Origin: Candidatus Latescibacterota bacterium
GTDB taxonomy: Bacteria > Latescibacterota > UBA2968
Direction of reading: 5' to 3'
Length of the DNA stretch: 64,000 nucleotides
Assembly: GCA_965204745.1 (NCBI GenBank)
Contig: OZ242010.1
Span: 1,504,001 to 1,568,000 of the forward strand
The translations under genes and the position numbers were made by a program. The notes under the pieces are model-generated. The model was not told the origin of the DNA. It saw only the letters and a list, made by a program, of their open reading frames with translations, and did not search any database. Below, in pieces: positions 28,908 through 38,677 of the stretch; positions within the stretch are counted from its first letter, which is position 1; every line of letters starts with the position of its first letter.

Positions 28908-30476
28908 ATGGCAAAAAAACGCCAACGCCGCACGCGCCGTCAAACAACGCCATCAGCCCCTGGCCCTCGGGCCTCAAAACGGCACTTTGACCTGACGCGC
29001 TACGAAAGCAAACCCTATTTTTTGCCCGTGCTCGGTCTGTGCGGGTTGCTCATGGGCCTGCTCCTTTTCGACGCCAACCTCTCCCTTAGTGGCGACAACG
29101 CCAACTTCATCAACCTGGGTCGCTCCCTCGCGGGTGGGCTCGGCCTTGTGGAAACCATTGGCGGCGGCGATCCCATTCCACACACCAAATACCCCTTTGG
29201 CTTTCCGCTTCTCCTCGCCGGGGTCGAAATCGTCTTTCCTGGAAATCTCATCGCACTCAAGGGGCTCGTGGTCCTCCTCTACGCCATCTCAATTCCCCTC
29301 ACCTACCTCCTCATCCGCTGCTTTGCCGGCGCGCCCATGGCCTTGGGCGTCAGCGCGTTGTGCCTCGTCTCGCCTCCGCTGTTGGATTTTTCGCACCAAG
29401 TCATGTCCGAAATCCCCTTCCTGACCTTTTCTCTCTTGGCACTTTTTCTGTTGCATCGCGCCCACAACGCCGAATCGCCCAACGCCCAACTCGCCCTCGC
29501 AACACTCGCCATCATCGCCGCGTACTACATTCGCAGCGCGGGCATCCTGCTCGTCGGCACGGGCGTGCTCTTTTTCGTCTTGAACAAAAAATGGAAAGAA
29601 GCGGGCATCATCGCAGGCGGGTGTTTTCTGCTCGCCCTCCCGTGGCAAATCCGCACAGCAGCACTCGGCGGCAACGACTACATCCGCCAACTGCTCAGCA
29701 TCAACCCCTATCGCCCGGAACGAGGGCCTCTCACCTTCCCCACGCTGATCGAACGCCTCATCGACAATTTTGAAGCTTATGGCCTGCACGTCATCCCGCG
29801 GATCTTTGTCCCCTCTTTTGGCGAGGTCACGCTTTTTATCGGCCTCGTCTTTTCCGGCTCGATCCTCTACGCCCTGATCGCTGGCCTGATGAAACGACAC
29901 TTATTGGCCGTGTACCTCACCTGCTACTTGGGCCTTCACATGCTCTGGCCGCAAGTGTGGGCAGACACGCGCTTCCTGGTCCCGGCCATCCCCATCTTGT
30001 TCTACGCCGCGCTTACGAGCGTTGACGAACTCCTCGGCCTGCTCGCCAAAGCCGTAAAAAAATCTGCCTCTCGCGCTGGCCCCGTACTCTTCTGCCTCTT
30101 TCTCCTCGGCTCAAACCTCTTTGCCACCAACGACCTCGCGGACCGCATCGGCCGGTTCCCACCCAACTGGGACAACTACTTCGCCGCTGGGGAATGGATC
30201 AAAAACAACGCGGATCCACACGTCAAAATCGCCTGCCGCAAGCCCTTTTTGATGAACGCGGTCTCCAACCGCAAAACCTCGGGGTACCCATGGAAAGGGC
30301 CGGATCAGATCGTCGCCGACTTTGAAAAAAACAACATCGCCATCGTCGTCATCGACCAACTCGGATTCCGATCCACGCCCGAATTTCTCGTTCCCGCGGT
30401 TCAGGCACGCGCTGACCGCTTTGAAGTCATCCACGTCATCCCCAACCCCGACACCTACGTCTTGTCGTTCAAGTGA
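28908..30476 (+). CDS. GT-C fold membrane glycosyltransferase (ArnT/GT39-like)
   Basis: GDNANFI, HTKYPFGFPLLLA, VMSEIPF and RFLVPAIP; multi-TM. Confidence 0.8.
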   Translation: MAKKRQRRTRRQTTPSAPGPRASKRHFDLTRYESKPYFLPVLGLCGLLMGLLLFDANLSLSGDNANFINLGRSLAGGLGLVETIGGGDPIPHTKYPFGFPLLLAGVEIVFPGNLIALKGLVVLLYAISIPLTYLLIRCFAGAPMALGVSALCLVSPPLLDFSHQVMSEIPFLTFSLLALFLLHRAHNAESPNAQLALATLAIIAAYYIRSAGILLVGTGVLFFVLNKKWKEAGIIAGGCFLLALPWQIRTAALGGNDYIRQLLSINPYRPERGPLTFPTLIERLIDNFEAYGLHVIPRIFVPSFGEVTLFIGLVFSGSILYALIAGLMKRHLLAVYLTCYLGLHMLWPQVWADTRFLVPAIPILFYAALTSVDELLGLLAKAVKKSASRAGPVLFCLFLLGSNLFATNDLADRIGRFPPNWDNYFAAGEWIKNNADPHVKIACRKPFLMNAVSNRKTSGYPWKGPDQIVADFEKNNIAIVVIDQLGFRSTPEFLVPAVQARADRFEVIHVIPNPDTYVLSFK

Positions 30477-30561
30477 CGCCCCATTCGGATTTGTCAAAAA
30501 ACATGTGCTTTGCTATCTTTGTCTCGAACCACCGCTTTCAACCTCATCCACGTCACCCGCT

Positions 30562-31491
30562 ATGATCGACCTCACCCTCGTCATTCCCCTGCTCGATGAA
30601 AAAGAGAGCCTGCGCCCGCTCATGCGACAAATCCGAGACGCGCTCGCCAAACGAGACCTGACCTACGAAGTCATCTTCATCGACGACGGCAGCACCGACG
30701 GTTCGATCGACGTCCTCCAAGAACTACACGCGGCCCATCCCCAAGTGAAGGTCATCCAGTTTCGGCGCAACTTTGGCAAAGCCGCTGCGTACACCGCGGG
30801 CTTTCAACGCGCACGCGGCGCCTGTGTCATCACGATGGACGCGGACCTGCAAGACGACCCGGAGGAAATCCCCAACCTGCTGGACAAACTCGACGAGGGC
30901 TACGACCTCGTCTCCGGCTGGAAAAAAAAACGCTTCGACCCCTTGGGCAAAACCCTGCCCTCCAAATTTTTCAACTGGGTCACCGGTTGCGTCTCGGGCA
31001 TCGGCATCCACGACTTTAATTGCGGCCTCAAAGCCTATCGCAACGAAGTCGTCAAAGACGTGCGCGTTTTCGGCGAACTCCATCGCTACATCCCGGTGCT
31101 CGCCCACATGGAAGGCTACCGCATCGGCGAAATTCCCGTGCGGCATCACCCCCGGCAATTTGGCGTCACCAAATACGGTTGGGGCCGCCTGTTCAAGGGC
31201 TTTTTCGACCTGCTCACCGTCATGTACATCGGCAAATACATGAGCCGCCCGCTCCACTTGTTCGGCACAGTGGGCCTCATCTTTGGCATCGTGGGAATGG
31301 TGATCAACATCTTCATCGCATCGCTCTGGCTGCAAACCGGCACCATCCAATACCGCTACCCCCTGTTGATGCTCGGCGTCTTCCTCACCGTGCTCGGCGT
31401 GCAATTCGTCTGCACGGGCCTGCTCGCCGAAATGTTCACCCGTGGCCCTCGGCCCAACGAAAAATTCAATATCCGCAAAATTTTGGAGTAA
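30562..31491 (+). CDS. GT2 polyprenol-phosphate glycosyltransferase (ArnC/DPM1-like)
   Basis: IDDGSTDGS, RRNFGKAAA, MDADLQDDP and HRYIPVLA; two C-terminal TMs. Confidence 0.92.
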   Translation: MIDLTLVIPLLDEKESLRPLMRQIRDALAKRDLTYEVIFIDDGSTDGSIDVLQELHAAHPQVKVIQFRRNFGKAAAYTAGFQRARGACVITMDADLQDDPEEIPNLLDKLDEGYDLVSGWKKKRFDPLGKTLPSKFFNWVTGCVSGIGIHDFNCGLKAYRNEVVKDVRVFGELHRYIPVLAHMEGYRIGEIPVRHHPRQFGVTKYGWGRLFKGFFDLLTVMYIGKYMSRPLHLFGTVGLIFGIVGMVINIFIASLWLQTGTIQYRYPLLMLGVFLTVLGVQFVCTGLLAEMFTRGPRPNEKFNIRKILE

Positions 31492-31497
31492 CCAGCT

Positions 31498-32631
31498 ATG
31501 GTGCAAAAAAACATCCTCGTCACAGGCGGGATGGGATTTATCGGCTCTCACCTCGTCGATGAACTCGTACAACGCGGGCATCGCGTCCGTATTTTCGACA
31601 ACCTCGATCCCCAAGTACACCCCCACGGCGCAGTGCCGGAGTACGCCAACCCCCATGCCGAATTTATCCGCGCCGACATCCGTGACCGCGACGCGCTCAA
31701 AAAAGCACTCGCGGGCATTGAAATCGTTTTCCACAAAGCCGCTGCGGTCGGCATGGGACAATCGCAATACGAAATCAAAAAATTCGTGGACATCAACACC
31801 GGGGGCACGGCGAACCTGCTCGATATCCTCGCCAACCACGAGCACCGGGTCGAAAAACTCATCGTCGCGGCGTCGCAAACCAGCTATGGCGAGGGGCTTT
31901 ACACCTGTGCGGAACACGGCACGCAGTACCCGGGCCCGCGTCCAAATGCCCAACTCGCACAGGCACAATGGGAACACCAATGCCCGGTCTGCGGCACCGA
32001 CATGTCGCCCACCCCAATCCCCGAAGACACCCAACGCATCTGTTCTGCCATCTACGCACAAACCAAAATGCACCAAGAAGACCTGGTGCTCAACATTGGC
32101 CGTGCGTACAAAATCCCATCTATCGCCCTGCGCTACTTCAACATCCATGGCCCGCGACAATCGCTTTCCAATCCCTACACCGGCGTCAGCGCGATATTCA
32201 TGAGCCGCCTCAAAAACGGCAACCGCCCCGTGCTCTACGAAGACGGCAAACAATTGCGCGATTGGAGCTCGGTTCACGACATCGTGCAGGCCAACATGCT
32301 CGCCATGGAAAAATCCGATGGCGATTACCGCGCTTTCAATGTGGGCACCGGGATTGGCATCTCTATCGAACGCGTCGCCCTGACCCTGTCCAAAATCCTC
32401 GGCCTCGAACACCTCACGCCCGACATCAACGGCACCTATCGCCACGGCGACACCCGCCACATCATTGCGGATATTTCAAAAATAAAAAAAACACTGGGCT
32501 TTCAACCCAGTGTCAATTTTCAACGCGGCCTGGAAGAACTCGTCGCATGGGGCCGAAGCCGCACGGCCGCCGATGGCTTTGCAAAAGCACACCGCGAATT
32601 GCAACAAAAAGGACTCATCGCCAGCAGATGA
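31498..32631 (+). CDS. NAD-dependent nucleotide-sugar epimerase/dehydratase
   Basis: TGGMGFIGSH, YAQTK and LRYFNIHGPRQ. Confidence 0.92.
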   Translation: MVQKNILVTGGMGFIGSHLVDELVQRGHRVRIFDNLDPQVHPHGAVPEYANPHAEFIRADIRDRDALKKALAGIEIVFHKAAAVGMGQSQYEIKKFVDINTGGTANLLDILANHEHRVEKLIVAASQTSYGEGLYTCAEHGTQYPGPRPNAQLAQAQWEHQCPVCGTDMSPTPIPEDTQRICSAIYAQTKMHQEDLVLNIGRAYKIPSIALRYFNIHGPRQSLSNPYTGVSAIFMSRLKNGNRPVLYEDGKQLRDWSSVHDIVQANMLAMEKSDGDYRAFNVGTGIGISIERVALTLSKILGLEHLTPDINGTYRHGDTRHIIADISKIKKTLGFQPSVNFQRGLEELVAWGRSRTAADGFAKAHRELQQKGLIASR

Positions 32632-32659
32632 AACTCCCTGGCCCGCGGCTGTATCTCCT

Positions 32660-32830
32660 TTACAACGCCGGCGCGAATTGACGAGTGACAACCGGAACTC
32701 GCTCTCGCGTCGTCATAACCCGGCGCAAGGTTGCGCGGATCTTTTCAGATCGGTCAACATCGCCGCGGATGGCGTAATACAGAGCCAAATAAGCCATCTG
32801 GTGGCGTTTTTCCAGATCGATGCGCGTCAT
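32660..32830 (-). CDS. Small hypothetical protein (56 aa)
   Basis: MTRIDLEKRHQMAYLALYYAIRGDVDRSEKIRATLRRVMTTRERVPVVTRQFAPAL; strong GAGGAGGGG RBS; below the ORF-track size cut-off. Confidence 0.55.
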   Translation of the reverse strand: MTRIDLEKRHQMAYLALYYAIRGDVDRSEKIRATLRRVMTTRERVPVVTRQFAPAL

Positions 32831-33124
32831 CGTGATATCCCCTCCTCATGTGGGTTAGCGTTTCACTGTCGCCATCTGTATAAGCAAACCAAATGCCACT
32901 TCTGTTGTCTGTTTATTGTTTCGCGCTTAATGACTGATTTCACGAGGGTTATTGCAAAATACGCATCCCGCATTTCCAAAACGCCTGTGGCGCGCTTGAA
33001 AATTTTGGTCAAAATAACGCCATCGCCTCCGACACATTGGCACATTTTTTTACTTTCGCGCCATCGTCTCACCCTCGCCCCTGCGGGTAGCCAATCTGAC
33101 ACACCTTTTTTTGGAGTACGGATT

Positions 33125-34408
33125 ATGCTCGACATCAACCTCATTCGCCAAAACCCCGGCCGCGTCGCCCGCGCCTTAAAAAAACGCCTGGACCACATAG
33201 ACTTTGCGGACCTGCTCGCCTGGGACGCAACGCGCCGCGCCCACATCGCAGAAGCCGGGCACCTGCGCGAAAAACGCAACAAAGTCTCCGCACAAATTCC
33301 CACCCTCAAAAAAGCCGGCGACGACATCGCCCCAGTGCAACGGGAAATGCGCGCCGTCTCGGCCCGCATCAAAACCCTCGAAACCGACTTGGCGGAAATC
33401 GAGCACCGCATCCACGCATTTCTCGAAGGGCTTCCCAATATCCCGGCCGACGACGTGCCGCGCGGAGGCAAGGAAAACAACCGTCCGATCCGCACTTGGG
33501 GCGAAAAACCCGCATCTGACTTCAACCCCAAAGATCACGTCGACCTCGTCACGGACCTCCGCCTGATCGACTACGAGCGCGGCGTCAAAATGGGGGGCAC
33601 CGGTTTCTGGCTCTACATCGGCGATGGCGCGCGCCTCGAATGGGCATTGCTCAACTACTTTATCGACAGCCACATCAGCGACGGCTACGAATTTGTCTTG
33701 CCCCCCCACATTCTCAACGAAGCCTGCGGGTTTGCCGCCGGGCAATTCCCCAAATTTGCCGACGATGTGTTTCACCTCAAAACAGACGCCGACAAAGTGC
33801 AATTCCTCTTGCCCACCTCTGAAACCGCGCTGATCAATTTTTACCGAGACGAGATCCTTTTGGAAGCGGACTTGCCCAAAAAATTCTTTGCGTACACGCC
33901 CTGCTATCGCAAGGAAGCGGGCAGTTACCGCACGCAGGAGCGGGGCATGATTCGCGGCCACCAGTTCAACAAAATCGAAATGTTCCAATTCACCCGTCCC
34001 GAAAATTCCGAAGCCGCGCTCGAAGAACTCATCGCCAAAGCCGAAAAACTCGTGCAGGGTCTCGGCTTGCACCACCGCGTCTCTCTGCTCGCCGCCCGAG
34101 ACGTCAGCGCGTCCATGGCCAAAACCTACGACATCGAAGTTTGGATTCCGAGCATGGGCGAATACAAGGAAGTCAGTTCCGCCTCCAATGCGGGCGACTA
34201 TCAGGCCAGACGCGGCCGCGTCCGGTTCAAACGCACGGAAACCGGCAAAAACGAGTTCGTCCACACCCTCAACGCCTCGGGCCTTGCCACCAGCCGCATC
34301 ATCCCCGCAATCGTCGAACAATGCCAAAACAGCGATGGCAGCGTCACCATCCCCCAAGTCTTGCGACCCTATATGGGCGGCAAAGAGGTGCTCGAACCGG
34401 TGAATTAG
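33125..34408 (+). CDS. serS: Serine--tRNA ligase
   Basis: MLDINLIR, LLPTSE, YRKEAGS...RGHQFNKIE, EVSSASN and HTLNASGLA. Confidence 0.97.
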   Translation: MLDINLIRQNPGRVARALKKRLDHIDFADLLAWDATRRAHIAEAGHLREKRNKVSAQIPTLKKAGDDIAPVQREMRAVSARIKTLETDLAEIEHRIHAFLEGLPNIPADDVPRGGKENNRPIRTWGEKPASDFNPKDHVDLVTDLRLIDYERGVKMGGTGFWLYIGDGARLEWALLNYFIDSHISDGYEFVLPPHILNEACGFAAGQFPKFADDVFHLKTDADKVQFLLPTSETALINFYRDEILLEADLPKKFFAYTPCYRKEAGSYRTQERGMIRGHQFNKIEMFQFTRPENSEAALEELIAKAEKLVQGLGLHHRVSLLAARDVSASMAKTYDIEVWIPSMGEYKEVSSASNAGDYQARRGRVRFKRTETGKNEFVHTLNASGLATSRIIPAIVEQCQNSDGSVTIPQVLRPYMGGKEVLEPVN

Positions 34409-34463
34409 CCTCGCGCCGGAGGGGCGTCTCATTGTCGAAGAACCCAAATGAAAGGGGAACAGG

Positions 34464-34658
34464 ATGGTCGAAACAAAGACAGAAGAACGACTGACGCGGC
34501 TCGAAACCCAAATGGAAATGGTGATTTCGGAACTGCGGGAACTGCGGGCAGACATGCGAGGGATTCGGAGCGGGCAACGCTGGATCATAGGTACGCAAAT
34601 CACGATGTTCGTCGTGCTCGGAGGATTGATTTTTCAGGCGATTGCAAAAATGCAATGA
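34464..34658 (+). CDS. Small coiled-coil protein with C-terminal TM (DUF1640/XhlA-like)
   Basis: ERLTRLE...ELRELRADMR...RWIIG followed by a hydrophobic helix; AGGGG RBS. Confidence 0.7.
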   Translation: MVETKTEERLTRLETQMEMVISELRELRADMRGIRSGQRWIIGTQITMFVVLGGLIFQAIAKMQ

Positions 34659-34663
34659 GAAGC

Positions 34664-34701
34664 AAAAAAAAAGCCCGCCAGTTTTCTCGGCGGGCTTTTT
34701 T
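34664..34701. terminator. Bidirectional intrinsic terminator
   Basis: A-run, GCCCGCC/GGCGGGC stem, T-run, between convergent genes. Confidence 0.85.
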
Positions 34702-34716
34702 GTGGACCATATCGAC

Positions 34717-34974
34717 CTACGACACCATCGCCAACTTTGGGCGATAACCAAGGGATTGCAACATCGCCTTGGCATCTTCCCACGTCAAGCCAAACGCCGC
34801 GACATCCGACACGCCCAGCCTTGCGACAATATCGCGCATCAACGCCAAATCATCGCCCACAAACTCGCCCTCCATCATCGCATCCTCGGCCCAAGACACG
34901 AGCGATTCAAGCGAGATTTGTCTATCGAGATAACGTTTCAGACGGTCCGCCAACACATCGTGCGTAATTTTCAT
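34717..34974 (-). CDS. Small acidic protein, antitoxin/immunity candidate
   Basis: 85 aa with LVSWAEDAMMEGEF...FGLTWED; ATGA overlap with the upstream ORF. Confidence 0.65.
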   Translation of the reverse strand: MKITHDVLADRLKRYLDRQISLESLVSWAEDAMMEGEFVGDDLALMRDIVARLGVSDVAAFGLTWEDAKAMLQSLGYRPKLAMVS

Positions 34975-35228
34975 GATCGATCCTCCAAACGTCGGTGTCC
35001 CATATCCTCTAAAAATTTTAGATGAAATTCAACCATTTTTCCCTGTTCATCATAAATTTCTTGCCAAAAACGCACGGTTTCCTCCTCCTCATTCACCTCT
35101 TTGATATATCGAGCTTTCCAACCGCTTCGCCGACCCAACACATCATAAAAATAACGCCGACCACCATTTGGTAACGATTCCCACTGACCGAACTTGCGTT
35201 CATTTTCTCGTCTCTTTCGTTCATTCAT
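34971..35228 (-). CDS. Small beta-rich protein, toxin candidate
   Basis: GGRRYFYDVLGR..GWKARYIKEV....TVRFWQEIYDEQG; locally AT-rich. Confidence 0.65.
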   Translation of the reverse strand: MNERKRRENERKFGQWESLPNGGRRYFYDVLGRRSGWKARYIKEVNEEEETVRFWQEIYDEQGKMVEFHLKFLEDMGHRRLEDRS

Positions 35229-35309
35229 CAAAAGAATATGGCCTAAAAACACCAGTGAAGCAAGTTAGAAAGTAAAAGCCTTTTTGTTCCACAACCGCTT
35301 TGTGAATGC

Positions 35310-35338
35310 TTGACACCAAAAGCGTTTTCCCGTATTAT
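35310..35338 (+). promoter_or_regulatory. Sigma70 promoter of tRNA-Met
   Basis: TTGACA-N17-TATTAT, 20 nt upstream of the tRNA. Confidence 0.75.
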
Positions 35339-35358
35339 TGTTCACGCGGACATCAAGT

Positions 35359-35434
35359 GGCGGCATAGCTCAGTTGGGAGAGCAGTGGAATCATAATCCA
35401 TGGGTCGGGGGTTCGAGTCCCTCTGCCGCTACCA
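35359..35434 (+). tRNA. tRNA-Met (CAT), probably elongator
   Basis: Acceptor stem GGCGGCA/TGCCGCT, anticodon arm GTGGA-ATCATAA-TCCAT, GGTTCGAGTCC T-arm and encoded CCA. Confidence 0.93.
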
Positions 35435-35440
35435 AAACGT

Positions 35441-35489
35441 GAAAAAGCACTTGCGACATTGCGATTTGTCACAGGTGCTTTTCGTTTTC
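35441..35489 (+). terminator. Terminator-like hairpin after tRNA-Met
   Basis: AAAAGCACTTGCGACA...TGTCACAGGTGCTTTT followed by Ts. Confidence 0.65.
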
Positions 35490-35579
35490 CGTCTAAAAAT
35501 ATTTGCCAGCGGGTATCAAAATGATTGACAACCGCCCCGATATAAGGTACATAAAAATACGCACATGGGAGACTCGATC

Positions 35580-36914
35580 ATGAAATCCGCATTCACACTC
35601 ATCGCCCTCATCCTCGCACTCGGCTCGGCCGCTCGGGCAACGGAAGTCCACGTCGCCAAAATCAACGGCACAATCGAAGGCGGCGTCGCCGCTTTTGTCA
35701 CCCGCGTGATGAACGAAGCAGAAGCCGCAGGCACTGCCGCAGTCATCTTTGAAATCGACACCCCCGGCGGCGCCCTCGACGCGGCCCTCGACATTCGAGA
35801 CGCCATCCTTTACAGCGACGTCAAAACCGTCGCCTTTATCAACCCCCGCGCAATATCCGCAGGCGCGCTCATCTCGTTGGCGACCGACCACATCATCATG
35901 GCCGAAGGCGGCACCATCGGCGCGGCCACCGCCGTTGACATGCAGGGCAACAAAGCCAGCGAAAAAATCATCTCGTACTTCCGCAATGAAATGAAAGCCA
36001 CAGCCGAAAAAACCGGGCGATCCCCCAAATTGGCCGAGGCCATGGTCGACGAAGACGTCGATATCGAAGACCTAGCCCCCAAGGGCAAGTTGCTCACCCT
36101 CACCACGGAAGAAGCCGTGGAACACGGCATTGCGGACCACAAAATCGCCGAGAAAAACGAATCGGAAAAGCTCATCGCCGTGCTCAAACACTACGACCTC
36201 TTACATGCCAGCATCGTCCACCAATCGGTCACCTGGGCCGAACAAGCCGTGCGCTACCTCACCCACCCCTATCTCGCGTCGTTGCTCATGACCCTGGGCT
36301 TCCTCGGCCTGATCTTTGAAATCCAAAGCCCGGGCTGGGGCGTGGGCGGCACCGTCGGCTTGATCTGTCTGAGCTTGTTCTTCGGTAGCCACCTGCTCGT
36401 CAACCTGGCCAATTGGACGGAAATCCTCCTCTTTCTCCTCGGCATCGCGCTCATCTTCATCGACCTGTTCTTCATCCTGGGCTTTGGGTTGCTCGCCATA
36501 CCCGGCGCGCTCCTGATCCTGACCAGCTTATTCCTGAGCCTGATGGGCCGCTTTGAACTCTGGACTTGGGACGACATCAACGCCGTGCTCACCCCCATGG
36601 TCTTGTCCCTCGTCCTCACCAGCATCCTCGCCTTCTTCATCTTGCGCTCCCTGCCCGACTCCAGAATGTGGCGCCGCCTGGTGCTCGACACCGAAGAAAA
36701 AGCCTCTGAAGGATACGTCGCCTCCCCTTATGACGACCTCTTGGGCGCGTCTGGAACGGCATTCACGGACCTGCGTCCCGGGGGCACGGGCTTGTTCAAA
36801 AACCGCCGCATCAGCGTCTCCACCGAAGGCAATTTCTTGGACAAAGACACCCCCATCACCGTCGTGGAAGTCGAAGGTAGCCGCGTCATCGTGCGACAGG
36901 CCAAAGACGCATAA
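35580..36914 (+). CDS. nfeD: NfeD/YqeZ membrane-bound ClpP-class protease
   Basis: [21 protein letters not shown], a TM block and an OB-fold tail (TDLRPGG); TTGACA-N17-TACATA at 35525. Confidence 0.9.
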   Translation: MKSAFTLIALILALGSAARATEVHVAKINGTIEGGVAAFVTRVMNEAEAAGTAAVIFEIDTPGGALDAALDIRDAILYSDVKTVAFINPRAISAGALISLATDHIIMAEGGTIGAATAVDMQGNKASEKIISYFRNEMKATAEKTGRSPKLAEAMVDEDVDIEDLAPKGKLLTLTTEEAVEHGIADHKIAEKNESEKLIAVLKHYDLLHASIVHQSVTWAEQAVRYLTHPYLASLLMTLGFLGLIFEIQSPGWGVGGTVGLICLSLFFGSHLLVNLANWTEILLFLLGIALIFIDLFFILGFGLLAIPGALLILTSLFLSLMGRFELWTWDDINAVLTPMVLSLVLTSILAFFILRSLPDSRMWRRLVLDTEEKASEGYVASPYDDLLGASGTAFTDLRPGGTGLFKNRRISVSTEGNFLDKDTPITVVEVEGSRVIVRQAKDA

Positions 36915-36958
36915 CGCCCAAGGCTGTCGGACCACGCCCTTTTCACAAGGAGATTTTT

Positions 36959-37915
36959 ATGGAAGTCATTTTCGTTCTCTTCGCCGCTGTTGCCATTATT
37001 ATTCTGTTCTCGTTATTCTTGTATTTCATCCCAGTCGGGCTGTGGATTTCCGCCCTTGCCGCGCGCGTGCGGATCGGCATCGGCGAACTCATCGGCATGC
37101 GCTTGCGTCGCGTGCCCCCGCGCATCATCTTAGGCTCGCAGATCAACGCGACCAAAGCCGGCCTCGACATTCCCACCGCATTTCTCGAAGCCCACTACTT
37201 GGCCGGCGGCCACGTTGAAAACGTCGTCAACGCCCTCATCGCCGCCGACAAAGCGGGCATCGGCCTTACGCGCGAACGCGCCGCCGCCATCGACTTGGCC
37301 GGCCGAGACGTGCTCGAAGCCGTGCAAGTCAGCGTCAATCCCAAAGTCATCTCCACCCCGATGGTCACCGCGGTTGCCAAAGACGGCATCCAGGTCAAAG
37401 CCACGTCCCGCGTCACCGTGCGCGCCAACATCGAACGCTTGGTCGGCGGCGCGGGCGAAGAAACCATCATGGCGCGCGTGGGCGAGGGCATCGTCACCAC
37501 TATCGGCTCGTCAGAAACCCACAAAGACGTGCTCGAAAATCCCGACCTGATTTCCAAAACCGTGCTCGACAAGGGCCTCGACTCCGGCACGGCCTACGAA
37601 ATCCTCTCTATCGACATCGCGGACGTGGATGTGGGCGACAACATCGGCGCGAAACTCCAAACCGATCAGGCCGAAGCGGACAAAAACATCGCCCAAGCAC
37701 GCGCCGAAGAACGCCGCGCCATGGCCGTCGCACGCGAGCAAGAAATGCGCGCCACAGTGGTCGAAGCCGAAGCCGAAGTGCCCCGCGCCATGGCCGAAGC
37801 CTTCCGCAGCGGCAACCTCGGCATTATGGACTACTACCGCATGCGAAACATCGAAGCCGACACCCAAATGCGCGAAGGCATTGCCGGAGAAACCGAAGAC
37901 GAGGAGAACACCTAA
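36959..37915 (+). CDS. floA: Flotillin-like protein FloA/YqfA
   Basis: [22 protein letters not shown] and GNLGIMDYY. Confidence 0.93.
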   Translation: MEVIFVLFAAVAIIILFSLFLYFIPVGLWISALAARVRIGIGELIGMRLRRVPPRIILGSQINATKAGLDIPTAFLEAHYLAGGHVENVVNALIAADKAGIGLTRERAAAIDLAGRDVLEAVQVSVNPKVISTPMVTAVAKDGIQVKATSRVTVRANIERLVGGAGEETIMARVGEGIVTTIGSSETHKDVLENPDLISKTVLDKGLDSGTAYEILSIDIADVDVGDNIGAKLQTDQAEADKNIAQARAEERRAMAVAREQEMRATVVEAEAEVPRAMAEAFRSGNLGIMDYYRMRNIEADTQMREGIAGETEDEENT

Positions 37916-37918
37916 TCC

Positions 37919-38476
37919 ATGGATAAAGAAATCATCGCCATCATCATCGCCCTCTTCGCCCTTTTGTCCTCCCTGTTCAAAAAGTTGCGCGGCGAACGCG
38001 ACCCCGACGAATCCAAACTCCAGCGCAAGCGCCCGTCCCGCGCCGACAACGATCCCTTTGAAGACGCGGAGATCAACTTGCCGGACTGGAACACGCTCTT
38101 CGGTTCTCCCGATCCGGAACCCGAACCCGCGCCAAAACCGCCGTCGGAATTTCGAGAAGTGCGGGGCAAACGCCCGGTTTCCGAAGCAGATACAGGGCCT
38201 GAGTTTCGGGACGTGCAGGGCAAACGCCCGGTTGACGAAACCGACACCGGGCCGGAATTTCAGGAGATTCGCGGCAAGCGTCCGGTCTCTGACGCATCGT
38301 CCTACGTCGAGGGCCAAACCCCATTTGTCCGCGCAATCCAAACGCGCAACATCCGCCCCAAACGCAAACGCCGCTTCAAACTCGATTTTGAACCCACCAC
38401 GGTTCGCAAAGCCATCATCTACAATGAAATCATCGGCCCGCCACGCGCCGATACGGATCCCTTGAAAAATCCTTGA
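37919..38476 (+). CDS. Hypothetical protein in the YqfB position, with three 18-aa repeats
   Basis: N-terminal TM; EFREVRGKRPVSEADTGP-type units; C-terminal VRKAIIYNEIIGPPRA. Confidence 0.75.
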   Translation: MDKEIIAIIIALFALLSSLFKKLRGERDPDESKLQRKRPSRADNDPFEDAEINLPDWNTLFGSPDPEPEPAPKPPSEFREVRGKRPVSEADTGPEFRDVQGKRPVDETDTGPEFQEIRGKRPVSDASSYVEGQTPFVRAIQTRNIRPKRKRRFKLDFEPTTVRKAIIYNEIIGPPRADTDPLKNP

Positions 38477-38508
38477 CACGCGAGGCGGGGTTTGACATAT
38501 TGTCAACC
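38473..38508 (+). promoter_or_regulatory. Promoter of tRNA-Leu with a palindrome over the -10 box
   Basis: TTGACA-N17-CATATT; inverted repeat TTGACA-TAT-TGTCAA at 38492-38506. Confidence 0.55.
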
Positions 38509-38522
38509 GCGGAACTTCAGGT

Positions 38523-38609
38523 GCCGAAGTGGTGGAATTGGTAGACGCGCTGGACTCAAAATCCAGTGGCCGCGAGGCCGTGTGGGTTCGAGTCCCACCT
38601 TCGGCACCA
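38523..38609 (+). tRNA. tRNA-Leu (CAA)
   Basis: GCCGAAG/CTTCGGC acceptor stem, CTGGA-CTCAAAA-TCCAG anticodon arm, long variable arm and CCA. Confidence 0.95.
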
Positions 38610-38623
38610 CAAATCAAAAACTC

Positions 38624-38656
38624 AAAGCGGCTTCTTTCTTAGAAAGCCGCTTTTTT
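38624..38656 (+). terminator. Intrinsic terminator after tRNA-Leu
   Basis: AAAGCGGCTT...AAGCCGCTTTTTT. Confidence 0.8.
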
Positions 38657-38677
38657 GTCATCCAAAGGAGGCTGGTT

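Noticed and set aside
32850-33124. T-box riboswitch upstream of serS
   Set aside because: No GGTGGNACCGCG T-box motif or convincing terminator was found.
32510-33124. 205-aa N-terminal extension of SerS
   Set aside because: The canonical MLDINLIR start at 33125 has a GGAG RBS; the extension overlaps the epimerase and the small minus-strand ORF.
30724-34603. Long minus-strand ORFs (578 aa and 475 aa), and similar ones at 13865-15199 and 58256-59650
   Set aside because: Antisense shadows of well-supported genes in high-GC DNA, with no recognisable motifs.
38523-38609. tRNA-Leu as a prophage/ICE att site
   Set aside because: No duplicate of the tRNA 3' end and no integrase seen in the window.
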